Positions 1 through 10,273 of a DNA stretch of 64,000 nucleotides are shown piece after piece; the stretch's first letter is position 1, and the number at the start of each line of letters is the position of its first letter. The notes beneath the pieces are model-generated. The model ran no database searches, was not told the DNA's origin, and worked only from the letters and a program-made list of their open reading frames with translations. This stretch comes from Candidatus Latescibacterota bacterium (GTDB taxonomy: Bacteria > Latescibacterota > UBA2968 > SICM01). The position numbers and the translations under genes are program-made. The stretch spans positions 5,376,001-5,440,000 of the forward strand of contig CBDCJO010000002.1 of assembly GCA_965217865.1 (NCBI GenBank), given 5' to 3'.

Positions 1-129
1 TCAATCTCAATCTTCGAACACGGCCGGCATTCTTCGCGCCCGGGTTTATCCTGGACCGTGTCCTGCGCACCTCAAGCGCCCAAAACCTGGAAGCGGTAGG
101 GGAGGAGGCGTTGCGGCGGAAGAAGGGAT

Positions 130-445
130 CAGAGTCGGAGGTCGGAAGTCAGAGGTCAGGGAAAAGCAGTAGCAGACGGCAGGAAAGTCAAAGGCAGGAG
201 TCAGAGATCGGAAGTCTGGGAGAGCAGTAGCAGATGGCAGGAAGGTCAAAGGTAGGGGTCAGAGGTGGGAGATCAGTGGAGGAGGCCGCGATTGTTAGGG
301 GATCCTAAACCAAAATGAATACCTCCTGAGCGGAGTTCCGCGTTTTTGCGGAACGTAGTCGAAGGACGGGGATGGTCATGGGAGGAAATTGCAAAGTGAA
401 AAAATCAAAAGTCGGATGTCAGAGATCGGAAGTCTGGGAGAGCAC
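130..445 (+). repeat. Purine-rich degenerate heptamer tract with embedded REP-like element
   Basis: Units such as gtcagag/gtcggaa/aaagtga; exact 27-bp direct repeat gtcagagatcggaagtctgggagagca at 200-226 and 418-444; cctgagcgga...gtcgaagg element at about 325-366. Confidence 0.75.
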
Positions 446-514
446 CGTCTATGGAGGAGATATTATGGCAAAAAAACCTTAAGCTCACCTGAGCAGAGAC
501 AAGGTTTTTCCTGC

Positions 515-661
515 CCTTCCAATTCTGCACGCGCGTGCAGAATTGGAAGGAGAATGATCTGTATCTCTTTGTAAAAAAATCAGATAGGTAAGTTTTAAGC
601 AGCCGAAAACTGGCCGCTTAGCTGCAACCAAAATTGGAATTGTGAACACGTGTGCACAATT
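515..661. repeat. Two related palindromes (REP-like)
   Basis: Perfect 36-bp palindrome ccttccaattctgcacgcgcgtgcagaattggaagg (515-550); 24-bp near-palindrome aattgtgaacacgtgtgcacaatt (638-661). Confidence 0.75.
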
Positions 662-859
662 GGGTTGGTGTCACCACCAGGTGCTGTTTCGGGTGCCTTC
701 GGAGTTCCGTTTACCTTCCCTTTTCCTTCCGTTGATATTCCGTTTGTCTAGCGCTTTCCTTCCGTTCTCCTTCCAGGTTGGCTTCAGTGCCCCTGAATGT
801 TTACTTGACAAAGATCATCTTCCGAACCGCAACCTGCTGACCTGCATGGCCGGCAGCGA

Positions 860-1159
860 TCAGCCTTTTTTCTTCGGCTCAAGCCGAATCACCAGCCTGG
901 AATCAGTCGCCTGGGCGACTTTGCGGAGCATTTCTAGAGATCCACCGAGGTACTCCGGTTTTTCCAAACGGGCAATGCTCGGTTGTTGCGTCTTGAATCT
1001 TCCTGGCCAGTTCGGCCTGGCTCATGTTGTTTCGCAGACGCGCATCGATGATGCTGCGAACGCGCTGGAACTCGGGACTCTGTTCTTCGTATGCACGGCG
1101 AAATTTCGGATTCTTTTTAGTTTTCCGCGAACACTTGCCCAGGACTTCTCTGTTGGCAT
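860..1159 (-). pseudogene. XRE-family HTH regulator / HigA-like antitoxin with two frameshifts
   Basis: Stitched across frames: MPTEKSWASVRGKL / KNPKFRRAYEEQSPEFQRVRSIIDARLRNNMSQAELARKI / KTQQPSIARLEKPEYLGGSLEMLRKVAQATDSRLVIRLEPKKKG*; RBS ggag upstream. Confidence 0.75.
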
Positions 1160-1201
1160 GATCAATCTCCTGTGTGGGCCATATAATCTCGCATTCGTTG
1201 T

Positions 1202-1875
1202 CTAAGATCTTTCGGCGAGTGTCTTCGCCTCGTATGCTTCCATCTCCGTGATCCAGGCACTTCCCGGGGGAACATTCCCCCGAACACAGAGCATGTCCCA
1301 GACGGCGCCGAAGGGCATTGCCTTGAATTCCTCCATTAGGGCAAGCCTCTGGGCGTTTTTACCCTGGTCCTCATAGGTCCTAAGAACCCCCGAAGGATCC
1401 AGCAACGAATATAGAATGGCCTTTCGCGTCGCTCGTGTTCCGATTATGTCGTGTTGAAGTCGAGGGCGATCCCGATACCTTTCGCCCACTCGATCCATTT
1501 GGAAAAGTTTTCGGGAACCTGTTCGTCACGCCCGATAGGAGGTCCGTCGGTTTCAGCGTACATGGCGTGTAGATTCGTCCTCTGAACCCCGGGCAGCAGA
1601 GCGATCACCCTGGCCAGGTCCTCCCGGATCTCATCTCCGTTTCGGGCCTTTCCAGGATAATTTCCGGTTGCCATGATTCCCGCACCCGCGATTTCCTGAC
1701 CGGCTTTCTCGAGGCCTTCCACGTCATCCGTCTGCCAGCAGTGGAGGGAGATCGGAATTTTGAGTGCTTTCTGAATGGCCTCGTCGGTATCGACTTCGAA
1801 ACCGGCATAGGCGCGCTTGGCCTGCTCATAGTTTTTTTCAATTTGCTTTGCGGGGAAAGCCGGTATAGCGTTCAT
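1202..1875 (-). pseudogene. rhaA: L-rhamnose isomerase with large internal deletion
   Basis: N-terminal ISLHCWQTDD, TGNYPGKAR, NLHAMY, LDFN joined directly to C-terminal IGTRATRKAIL...RLALMEEFKAMPFGAVWD; central catalytic part missing; junction about 1445-1450. Confidence 0.85.
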
Positions 1876-1928
1876 CGTTTCATCTCCTTTGCGGGCACAG
1901 CCCTTTTACGCCAGGCGATTCGATGATC

Positions 1929-3887
1929 TTATTCTCCCGCTTCTCTTTCCATTTCTTCCTGCAATCGCTTTACAAAATCGTTTTCTATCAATTCCCCACG
2001 AACAGCCGTGAAATCCGATTCCTTCTCTTCGTCGTCTCCATCCGCCCCGTATCCGAATTTCGCCTCCTCTCCGAACTCCTTCTCTGCGTCGGCGAGAATT
2101 TTATTCATCGAAGTCGAAAAATCCTTCTTCTGAGCAGCCCGCATCTCGTTCAGGTCTTCCACTGAAAGATCATCTACAGATTTCCCTTCGCGTTCCTGGA
2201 AGGTCCTTCTCACCCACGCCCATTCGTCCATCGAATAAGCGTCAAAAGCCCCTTTGAAGGCATCCTGAAATTCGGAGGCATCGCTTATCCTTCCGCTTTC
2301 GATATCGTCCTCCAATGCCTTCAGCCGGTCGCCTGCGATCAACAGTCCCGAAACATCCGCCCACGTTTTACAATCGATGCACCCTTCGTCTTCCGCCAGG
2401 GAGGCACAGATCGCCTCGATCCCACTATCCTGCACAGGGGTGACGCGATCGAGGATTTTTGCATTCAAATAGGTTTTGATTCTGGCGCTATAGTTCCTTG
2501 AGCCGTGGCGTAAAAGAAGACGCTTGATGATCACGCCGTTGTATCTAATTTTTTCGACTTTCTTCGGGGTCTCTTGGTAGAACTTCGTCAAAAGCGCCTC
2601 CGCCCGGATCATTTTCTGAACGACGTAGGGGCTGAAGACTTCAAATCGGATCAGGTCTCGTTTTTGCGTCGACTTTCTCCTGTCCCGGGTCGGCCATTTC
2701 CACGCGTCCCTTCTTGTGCCCACGGAGAAAAGGTTCATGGCAGGTGTCAAATAACTTTCACCTCCCTCTTCTGTGACATAAGAGAAAGGCAGATCTCCGA
2801 TTTCGAAGTTGGTCATGTGTTTGCCGATAACGACGGAAAATGGACCGACCAGACTGGGCCAGATCAGATAGGAGAAGGATCCCATCTTGCTTCCCCTTTC
2901 CAGGACTCCCTGGTGGATAGGCCCGAGTTTGTACATGTGGTTGCTCTGGTTCGTTCCGCTCCCCGCGTTGAAGAATGAGAATAACCCTGCGACCAACAGG
3001 GTGCTCTTATGATGCGTCACGGTGTAGGGCCCCGCAAAAGCGGAGCAGGCCTCACCGTGGAGACACTCCGAGTTGGCAAAAAACAGGGAGTTCTCCGCCG
3101 TGAAGAGTTTTCCGATCTCAACTCCCTGGCCTACGAAACAACGGTCAAGCTGTGCGCCGCTGTCCACCGTAGATCCCTCTCCAATGATAAAATCATCTGC
3201 GACCACTGCCGAACCCACCCGGGTAGGCGCTATCGCTTCGCTCAGGATGGTTCCGTTTCTGAGTTTGGACGCACCGGACACCCTTGCGAAGGGACCCACG
3301 TTGACATCTCGGATCTCGGTCACATGCGAGATCATCGCGCCTTCTCCGACCCATCCGCGGTCCGAGGTGACACCTTCGACATAGGCATCGATCATGATAT
3401 CCATTCGCCGGATCATCTCCGGCCGGTACCGATGCATGGTCAGCAGGTAGGCGAATTGGCTGGACATCTCATTAAAAATCCGAACCTCCCGGCCCCCTCC
3501 CTCGTTGACCGCGTCCAGGGCAACACCATTTCCAAAGGTCGCCCCCGCAACCGTGGCCATGCTCCCGACGTCGGTTACCACGACTCCCGCTTCGATGGTA
3601 TAGTGCGAGATATGGCTCCCGATGTTTGTAACCCGTACGTTGTCCCCAAGCTCACACTCGATCAAAGTTGCGTTTCTTAATTCGGCGTTCAGCATCTGAC
3701 CGTCCGGAAGGGTTACCTGGCCTTGCAACAGGCCGATCCTGATATCTCCGATAAATGAGATATTGTGAACTCTTCCGGGATCGAAACCCTCTCTCACTTT
3801 AACTCTGGACCAATCCTCGGCAGAGCATCCGAAGATCTCCATTTCCACGATCTCTTCTTCCAATAGGTCCCTGTACCCACCCATCAT
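1929..3887 (-). CDS. DUF4954 family protein (left-handed beta-helix, GlmU-like)
   Basis: 652 aa; motifs NEGGGREV, HGEACSAFAGPYTVTHHKSTLL, NAGSGTNQSNHMYKLGPIHQG, KWPTRDRR. Confidence 0.85.
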   Translation of the reverse strand: MMGGYRDLLEEEIVEMEIFGCSAEDWSRVKVREGFDPGRVHNISFIGDIRIGLLQGQVTLPDGQMLNAELRNATLIECELGDNVRVTNIGSHISHYTIEAGVVVTDVGSMATVAGATFGNGVALDAVNEGGGREVRIFNEMSSQFAYLLTMHRYRPEMIRRMDIMIDAYVEGVTSDRGWVGEGAMISHVTEIRDVNVGPFARVSGASKLRNGTILSEAIAPTRVGSAVVADDFIIGEGSTVDSGAQLDRCFVGQGVEIGKLFTAENSLFFANSECLHGEACSAFAGPYTVTHHKSTLLVAGLFSFFNAGSGTNQSNHMYKLGPIHQGVLERGSKMGSFSYLIWPSLVGPFSVVIGKHMTNFEIGDLPFSYVTEEGGESYLTPAMNLFSVGTRRDAWKWPTRDRRKSTQKRDLIRFEVFSPYVVQKMIRAEALLTKFYQETPKKVEKIRYNGVIIKRLLLRHGSRNYSARIKTYLNAKILDRVTPVQDSGIEAICASLAEDEGCIDCKTWADVSGLLIAGDRLKALEDDIESGRISDASEFQDAFKGAFDAYSMDEWAWVRRTFQEREGKSVDDLSVEDLNEMRAAQKKDFSTSMNKILADAEKEFGEEAKFGYGADGDDEEKESDFTAVRGELIENDFVKRLQEEMEREAGE

Positions 3888-4113
3888 TCGTCTCCTTTTA
3901 GACGCTTTCCGAATTCGCCCTTTGGAGGGCCATCGTTATCTGTTTAAAAAACCAAGAATTAAGAATTATTATTTTACCCAAGGGAGGGCTTTCCTGTCAA
4001 GGAAATTTTCTCGGTTTTCCACACTATGAATGAAGCAAAGGCCTTTACATCCCCAGTCCTTTTGTATATATTTTTGGTTTCAATTCAGATAAAAGTTAAG
4101 AAACTGGGAATTT

Positions 4114-4866
4114 ATGCCGGGAATCAACCTGAAAATCTGTGACGATGCGGAGGGGGTCGCCCGTGAGGCGGGTGGCGTTGTGGCTGATCTGATTCGCTCT
4201 AATCCCGCGGTAGTACTTGGATTGCCTACAGGTTCAACTCCAGAGTTGACCTATGCCGAGCTGGCCAGGTTGCATCGGGAAGAGGGCCTCAGCTTTTCCG
4301 GGGTGACCACGTTCAACATGGATGAATACTGGGGCCTTGAGGGGGACCATCCTCAGAGTTACCGGGCCTTCATGAACCGAACCCTTTTCGATAATGTAGA
4401 CATCAAACCCTGGAACACACACGTTCTAAACGGGCGGGCCGCCAACCCCCATCTTGAGTGCCAGGCCTATGAGACCAAGATCCTATCGGTCGGGGGAATC
4501 CAGCTCTGGTTGATGGGCATCGGGATCAACGGGCATATCGCGTTCAACGAACCCGGAAGTTCCGTTGACAGCCGGACGCGTCTGATCAACCTTTCTCCGA
4601 GCACCATCGAAGCGAACAGCGACGGAAGATTTTTTAAGGATCCCGATGAGGTCCCTCGCTGCGCATTGTCCGTCGGAATCGGGTCCATCCGGGAGGCGCC
4701 GAAACTCCTGCTCCTGGCAACGGGTCCGGGGAAGGCCAGGGCGATAGCGGATGCCGTCGAGGGGCCTTTCAGTCCCGAATGTCCGGCGAGCCTTTTGCAG
4801 GATCATCCCGATTGCACCTTCATTCTGGATCGATCCGCTGCAGGTGAACTGAAGCAATTGGATTAA
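4114..4866 (+). CDS. nagB: Glucosamine-6-phosphate deaminase
   Basis: LGLPTGSTP, TFNMDEY, HPQSY, GIGINGHIAFNEPGS, CPASLLQ. Confidence 0.95.
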   Translation: MPGINLKICDDAEGVAREAGGVVADLIRSNPAVVLGLPTGSTPELTYAELARLHREEGLSFSGVTTFNMDEYWGLEGDHPQSYRAFMNRTLFDNVDIKPWNTHVLNGRAANPHLECQAYETKILSVGGIQLWLMGIGINGHIAFNEPGSSVDSRTRLINLSPSTIEANSDGRFFKDPDEVPRCALSVGIGSIREAPKLLLLATGPGKARAIADAVEGPFSPECPASLLQDHPDCTFILDRSAAGELKQLD

Positions 4867-4891
4867 GGGCCAACCTAAGGAAGGAAATCAT

Positions 4892-5134
4892 ATGGACAGA
4901 GAAGAAATCAAAGGGCGGGTTTTCAAAGTCGTCGAGCAAGTCCTCAAGGTTCGTGCGGAGGAGATTCAGGAACCCCACAGCTTTACGGCGGACCTGGGTG
5001 CGGAATCGGTCCAAGCGGTCGAGTTAATGGCAGGGTTTGAGGAGGAGTTCGATATCGAAATGGATGAGGATGAAGCCCTGAAGGTACAGGACGTGGCAGG
5101 GGCCATCGATTTCATCGCCGAATATGTGAGTTGA
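4892..5134 (+). CDS. acpP: Acyl carrier protein (variant motif DLGAESVQ)
   Basis: 80 aa acidic; DLGAES...FEEEFDIE; RBS aaggaagga. Confidence 0.85.
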   Translation: MDREEIKGRVFKVVEQVLKVRAEEIQEPHSFTADLGAESVQAVELMAGFEEEFDIEMDEDEALKVQDVAGAIDFIAEYVS

Positions 5135-5166
5135 TTTCTTATAACGGCAACGGAGGACAACAGGAC

Positions 5167-6561
5167 ATGGCAAGGGAATGGAAACTGAAAGAGACGGACA
5201 CACCCAATCTGCTCGAGGAACAGTTCGATTACAGCCTTCCGCCCCGCATATGCTGGGAGGGCCCAATATTCGAGGAGATCGACGGTAAAGTCGTTAAATT
5301 TGATCCTCAGGAGGCGATCGCCAGGGACCTGGTGATTACCGACACCACCTTTCGGGACGGCCAGCAGGCCCGGCCCCCATACACCGTCGAACAGCAGGTC
5401 ACCCTGTTCGATATGATGGCCAAGCTGGGAGGCCCCAACGGCGTCATTCGACAGTCGGAATTCTTCCTGTATACCAAGAACGATCGAAAAGCCCTGGAGG
5501 ACTGCAGGGCGTTGGGCCATCGATATCCCGAGATCACCAGCTGGATTCGTGCCAATAAAGGGGATTTTCGGCTGGTCAAGGAGGCGGGCGTCAAGGAAAC
5601 CGGAATGCTGACTTCCTCCTCCGATTACCATATTTTTTTCAAAGCCAAAAAGAACCGCCAACAGGTCTTCAACGACTATCTTGAGGTTGTAGAGGCGGCA
5701 TGGGAAGCGGAAATTCGACCTCGCTGCCATCTGGAAGACGTGACTAGGGCGGATATCGAAGGCTTCGTCCTTCCATTCGTCTCCGAACTCATGCGCCGTT
5801 CGGAGCAGGTCAATCCAGAGCTGCGCGCAAAGATCCGTCTATGCGATACCATGGGATTCGGGCTCAGCTTTCCGGGGGCGGCTCTCCCCCGATCGATTCC
5901 CAAGCTGATCTATAGGATGACCAACGATGCGGGGGTACCCTACGATTGTCTGGAATGGCACGGGCATAACGACTTCCATAAGGTTCACATCAACGCTGCG
6001 ACGGCCTGGATCTACGGATGCAATGCCGCAAACACCACCCTGTTCGGTTTCGGCGAACGCACGGGCAATCCGCCTCTAGAAGGCGCATTGATGGAATACA
6101 TCGGCCTAAAAGGATCCTTATATGGGATAGACACCATGATGGTCCAGGAGATGGCCGACTACATGCGGTCCATTGGCGTGGAGATCCCTCCGAACTATCC
6201 GTTTGTAGGGCGAGATTTTAACACCACCCGGGCGGGAATCCACGCCGGGGGATTGCGCTCAGATGAGCGGATCTACAACATATTTGACACGACGGCTCTC
6301 TTCGGGAAACCTCCGCGGGTCTCGATCACGGACAAGTCGGGTGTGGACGGCATCGCCCTCTGGGTGAACGATTTCCTCGGACTCAAAGGAAAGGATCGAC
6401 TCAGCAAGATCAAGGTGCACAGGGTTGCCCGATGGGTGATGGATCAATACGAAAGTCACGAGCGCACGAGTGCGATTACCGACGAGGAGCTGGAAGAACA
6501 GGTAAAGACTCATCTGCCGGCTTATTATGCCCGCGCCCGGAGATTGCGGGACACGGGCTGA
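5167..6561 (+). CDS. DRE-TIM metallolyase, Re-citrate synthase-like (LeuA/homocitrate synthase superfamily)
   Basis: ITDTTFRDGQQARPPY, PRCHLED, RLCDTMG, EWHGHNDF, GERTGNPPLE, FNTTRAGIHA; ATG at 5167 after ggagga. Confidence 0.8.
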   Translation: MAREWKLKETDTPNLLEEQFDYSLPPRICWEGPIFEEIDGKVVKFDPQEAIARDLVITDTTFRDGQQARPPYTVEQQVTLFDMMAKLGGPNGVIRQSEFFLYTKNDRKALEDCRALGHRYPEITSWIRANKGDFRLVKEAGVKETGMLTSSSDYHIFFKAKKNRQQVFNDYLEVVEAAWEAEIRPRCHLEDVTRADIEGFVLPFVSELMRRSEQVNPELRAKIRLCDTMGFGLSFPGAALPRSIPKLIYRMTNDAGVPYDCLEWHGHNDFHKVHINAATAWIYGCNAANTTLFGFGERTGNPPLEGALMEYIGLKGSLYGIDTMMVQEMADYMRSIGVEIPPNYPFVGRDFNTTRAGIHAGGLRSDERIYNIFDTTALFGKPPRVSITDKSGVDGIALWVNDFLGLKGKDRLSKIKVHRVARWVMDQYESHERTSAITDEELEEQVKTHLPAYYARARRLRDTG

Positions 6562-6642
6562 ACCCCGGGTCACATTTATCCTCAACACAGGCCCCACCTG
6601 AAAGGCGGGGCCTATTATGTATCAGGTTGGAGGATCACGCTG

Positions 6643-7626
6643 GTGGCACTGGTCGATCAGCTCATCTCAAAGGCGAAGAAATTACGGAAACGCGTCGTCT
6701 TTCCGGAAGGGGAAGACGAAAGGATCCGCCAGGCTGCAAAAACCCTGGCGGAAAGGGGGATCGTACGACCGATTTTGCTGGGTGAAAAAGACAGTATTAC
6801 AAACGCGATCGGTGGGCCCCAGTCAGATGGGATAACGATTATTGACCCGGGGAAGTCGGTTGAGCTATCGCGCTATTCTGCCGCCTACTCCGGACGGAGG
6901 GAAGGTATAACCGTCCCGGTGGCCAGGCGATTGATAAAGAGGCCGCTCTTCTTCGGGGCAACCATGGTGAGAGAAGGGGACGCGGATGCCGCCGTCGCCG
7001 GTGCAACCATGCCCACCGCACGGGTCATATCCGCAGGGGCGCTGGCAATCGGCTTTGAGAAAGGAGTCCGCCAGGCCTCAAGTTTTTTTATTCTGCTTCT
7101 GGAGGGGGAGACGGAACGCGTCTTGATCTACGCGGATTCCGCGGTGGCCGTTGATCCCACTTCGAACGAACTGGCTCAGATCGCGGTGATCACCGCGCGC
7201 AACGCCGGCCGTTTGCTGGATATCGAACCCAGGATTGCAATGCTCTCGTTTTCCACACACGGAAGTGCGGACCACCCTCGTGTTGAAAAGGTCCGAGAAG
7301 CAACACGCATTGCCAGAAAGATGGCTCCAGACTTGAAAATCGACGGAGAGATTCAACTGGATGCGGCAATCTCACCGGGGGTATCCAAGAAAAAATCCCC
7401 CGAATCCTCTCTCAAAGGAGAGGCGAATGTTCTTATTTTTCCGGACCTGGATTCGGGCAATATCGCCTATAAGTTGACCCAGTATTTGGCATGCGCAAAG
7501 GCCATCGGACCGGTAATGCAGGGGTTCCGCAGGCCTATCAACGACCTGTCACGCGGGGCTTCTGTAGAGGATATCGTCGCCCTTGCCGCAATTTCGGCGA
7601 TACAGGCGGAGGGAAGGGGAGGGTAA
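6643..7626 (+). CDS. pta: Phosphate acetyltransferase
   Basis: VVFPEGEDER, LSFSTHGS, DGEIQLDAA, ANVLIFPDLDSGNIAYK, NDLSRG. Confidence 0.93.
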   Translation: MALVDQLISKAKKLRKRVVFPEGEDERIRQAAKTLAERGIVRPILLGEKDSITNAIGGPQSDGITIIDPGKSVELSRYSAAYSGRREGITVPVARRLIKRPLFFGATMVREGDADAAVAGATMPTARVISAGALAIGFEKGVRQASSFFILLLEGETERVLIYADSAVAVDPTSNELAQIAVITARNAGRLLDIEPRIAMLSFSTHGSADHPRVEKVREATRIARKMAPDLKIDGEIQLDAAISPGVSKKKSPESSLKGEANVLIFPDLDSGNIAYKLTQYLACAKAIGPVMQGFRRPINDLSRGASVEDIVALAAISAIQAEGRGG

Positions 7627-7812
7627 AGGGTTATGATTATTCACAGGGAGGGGCATATTTTGTAACCATCTGCGTGAACGATAAAGAACCTTTGTTTCGC
7701 AGACCCACCCCGCCCCGGCGTGACTTAAGCCGGGGCGGGGTGGGTCATATCCCATGCTCATCTATCCAATTCCGAATCCCATGCAAACAGGGCGGTTCGC
7801 GAACCGCCCTAC
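7625..7812 (+). mobile_element. REP-associated tyrosine transposase (RAYT) 5' remnant with hairpin and REP
   Basis: KGYDYSQGGAYFVTICVNDKEPLF (typical RAYT N-terminus); inverted repeat with 18-bp arms (7702-7746); palindrome agggcggttcgcgaaccgccct plus ac (GTAG-type REP, 7789-7812). Confidence 0.75.
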
Positions 7813-7852
7813 GGAATACAAAAGTCCGGCCAATCCCGAATCGGTTCATCGG

Positions 7853-8665
7853 TCAAACATTGGCCTCCAACCATTTGTAACACTTCTGGTACCCCACTGC
7901 ATCCTCGAGTTCAGGACCCTCGTACTCCGCACACCAGACCCCGTCATAACCCGCCTCCTTGAAGCACTTCACCGCGTATTTCAGGTCGATCTCTCCTTCA
8001 CCCAGGACAGCACCTTGATATTCACTTCGGGAACCCCTGCCGTCCTTGATGTGGGTGTGGAAGACGTGTGGCGCGAGAATCTTGAAGAAATGGTTGATCC
8101 TGGGGAGCAGGTGGCCGAACCATCGGAAGTTCATCGTGTCCACGTTCACCCCGATTCGATCCGAACCCACCCGCTCGATCAGGCTCAACTGCCAGTCGCC
8201 ATCGTTAGTGGAGAGGCCATGGTTGTCAAGCGCAACCCGTACGTCCAACTCTTCGAGGGAATCGGCTATTCTTTTAAAGGACTCAACCATCATTCCGTCC
8301 CAATCATACTCGGAGACTTCACCGCTGCGGTTCCAACCGCCATCCGATCGAACAATACGAGTCCCCGCGAAGGGGATGATTTTACAGACATAACGATAAC
8401 GTTCTATTTCCGCTTCCCGTTCTTGCTTCGTGGGCTTTATGAAATCGTTTCCTGCGCACACCGACGATGGCTGGATCCCGTATTTCTCCATGGTCTTGCG
8501 GGCTTCCTCTGCGGATTTCTCCCCGTTTCGAGACTTTCCATCCCAGATGTCGTTGATATTAAGCTCAACATACGTGTATCCGATCTCGGATGCTCTTCTT
8601 AAGAATCCTTCGAAATTCTTATCGGGCCATCTATAGTGGACGGTTCCGATCTTTTCGTTTGCCAT
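7853..8665 (-). CDS. Sugar phosphate isomerase/epimerase (xylose isomerase-like TIM barrel)
   Basis: ALDNHG, GVNVDTMN, HTHIKD, LGEGEID, GYDGVWCAEYEG. Confidence 0.85.
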   Translation of the reverse strand: MANEKIGTVHYRWPDKNFEGFLRRASEIGYTYVELNINDIWDGKSRNGEKSAEEARKTMEKYGIQPSSVCAGNDFIKPTKQEREAEIERYRYVCKIIPFAGTRIVRSDGGWNRSGEVSEYDWDGMMVESFKRIADSLEELDVRVALDNHGLSTNDGDWQLSLIERVGSDRIGVNVDTMNFRWFGHLLPRINHFFKILAPHVFHTHIKDGRGSRSEYQGAVLGEGEIDLKYAVKCFKEAGYDGVWCAEYEGPELEDAVGYQKCYKWLEANV

Positions 8666-10256
8666 CTATTCTCCTTTGCGGTCCGTTGACTCGCAAAACC
8701 TTTCCTATGCCCGTTCCTTTCCCTTCGCCAGGACCTCGGTCTCCGGCAACCCGGCCCGTCTCATAATCGATTTTCAGTGCCTTCACCAGGCCGTAACAGG
8801 CAACAAGGAGCGCCACGGTAATCGGCAGCCCCAAGGTGATAGACGCCGTCTGCAGCGCCTTGAGCCCGCCAAAATAGAGCAGCACTGCCGCTACCGCCCC
8901 CTCGGAAAACGCCCAAAAAATCCGCTGCGACGTGGGCGGGTCCGGGTGCCCTCCCGATGTCACCATATCGTCCACCAGCGATCCGGAATCCGACGACGTA
9001 ATAAAAAAGGTTATCACCAGCAGTGTACCCAGCACCGACGTCACCGAAGCCCAAGGCAGCTGGTTCAGCACCGTGTGAAAAGAAAGCGCCACGTTCTCCT
9101 TCACAACTTCTGCCAGGCCCCCGACACCGTACAGCTCGATGTGCAGGCCCGTACCACCGAAAACCGCCAACCACACGAACGTGGCCAGCGTGGGCGCAAG
9201 GAATACGTTCAGCACGAACTCCCGCACGGTCCGGCCTTTAGAAATGCGGGCGATGAACACTCCGACAAACGGCGACCAGGAAATCCACCAACCCCAGTAG
9301 AAGAGCGTCCAGCCCGTCTGCCAGTTCGATCCCTCCCGCATATCAATCCAGAAGCTTTTCTCCACGAAATGTTGTAAATAATCTCCCAGCGTGCTCGCAA
9401 ACATCTTGAGCTGGAACAGGGTGGGACCGAAGACGAATACAAACAGCAGCAGCACGCAGGCCAGGATGACGTTGAACTCACTCAACAGACGGATGCCGTT
9501 CTCGACGCCGGAAACCACCGAAATTGTGGCGATCAACGTGATCACTACGATAATGATAATCTGCACGTCCGTGGCCTGGGCAAGGCCAGTGAATTCGCTG
9601 ATGCCCGCGTTGATCTGCATGGCACCCAGCCCCAGGGAGGTTGCCACCCCGAACAGCGTGCCCACCGTGCAGAGGATATCCATCAGGTGGCCCAGGATGC
9701 CCCGGAATTTCTCGCCCAGTACGGGGTAAAGCAAGGATCGGGGCGCCAGAGGCAGCCCGTGTCGAAAATGGTAGTAGGCGATAGCCAGCCCGAAGATGAT
9801 GTACACCGCCCAGGGGTGAAACCCCCAGTGGAAGAACGTGGTCCGCATCGCCTCCAACACGGCCTCGGGCGTTTCGGCCTCCACCGTGGGGGGCGCCAGG
9901 TAATGTGTGATCGGTTCAGCGATCCCCCAGAACACCAGCCCGATACCCATCCCGGCGCTGAAAAGCATGGTAAACCACGCAAAATAGCTGAACTCTGGAC
10001 GGGAATCGTCATCCCCCAACCGGATATCGCCATAGGGGCTGAACCAGAGCCAGATCACAAACCCCACAAAGAGGGATACTGATAGGATGTAAAACCAGCC
10101 GAATGTCTCGGCGATAAACGCCTGTGTGGCGTTGAATAGGTTTGCAGCTGTCTCGGTGAAAAAGCTCCCGAAGATGAGAAAGCCAATCACCAGGGAGGCG
10201 GATCCCAGAAACACCGTGGGCTCCATCGCCTCCATAAACCGAGGGCGCTTCGACAA
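8631..10256 (-). CDS. BCCT family betaine/choline/carnitine transporter
   Basis: MLFSAGMGIGLVFWG, FFHWGFHPW, WTLFYWGWWISWSPFVGVFIARISKGRT, FFITSSDSG; TTG start at 10256 after ggagga. Confidence 0.93.
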   Translation of the reverse strand: MSKRPRFMEAMEPTVFLGSASLVIGFLIFGSFFTETAANLFNATQAFIAETFGWFYILSVSLFVGFVIWLWFSPYGDIRLGDDDSRPEFSYFAWFTMLFSAGMGIGLVFWGIAEPITHYLAPPTVEAETPEAVLEAMRTTFFHWGFHPWAVYIIFGLAIAYYHFRHGLPLAPRSLLYPVLGEKFRGILGHLMDILCTVGTLFGVATSLGLGAMQINAGISEFTGLAQATDVQIIIIVVITLIATISVVSGVENGIRLLSEFNVILACVLLLFVFVFGPTLFQLKMFASTLGDYLQHFVEKSFWIDMREGSNWQTGWTLFYWGWWISWSPFVGVFIARISKGRTVREFVLNVFLAPTLATFVWLAVFGGTGLHIELYGVGGLAEVVKENVALSFHTVLNQLPWASVTSVLGTLLVITFFITSSDSGSLVDDMVTSGGHPDPPTSQRIFWAFSEGAVAAVLLYFGGLKALQTASITLGLPITVALLVACYGLVKALKIDYETGRVAGDRGPGEGKGTGIGKVLRVNGPQRRIDGKRKDRNRPL

Positions 10257-10273
10257 TGTCTTCCTCCAGCAGG

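Noticed and set aside
1-230. 3' end of an upstream CDS (frame 3)
   Set aside because: An open frame exists but runs into the heptamer tract and has no identifiable motif.
642-1205. 187-aa plus-strand ORF
   Set aside because: Spans palindromes and repeats and is antisense to the HTH pseudogene.
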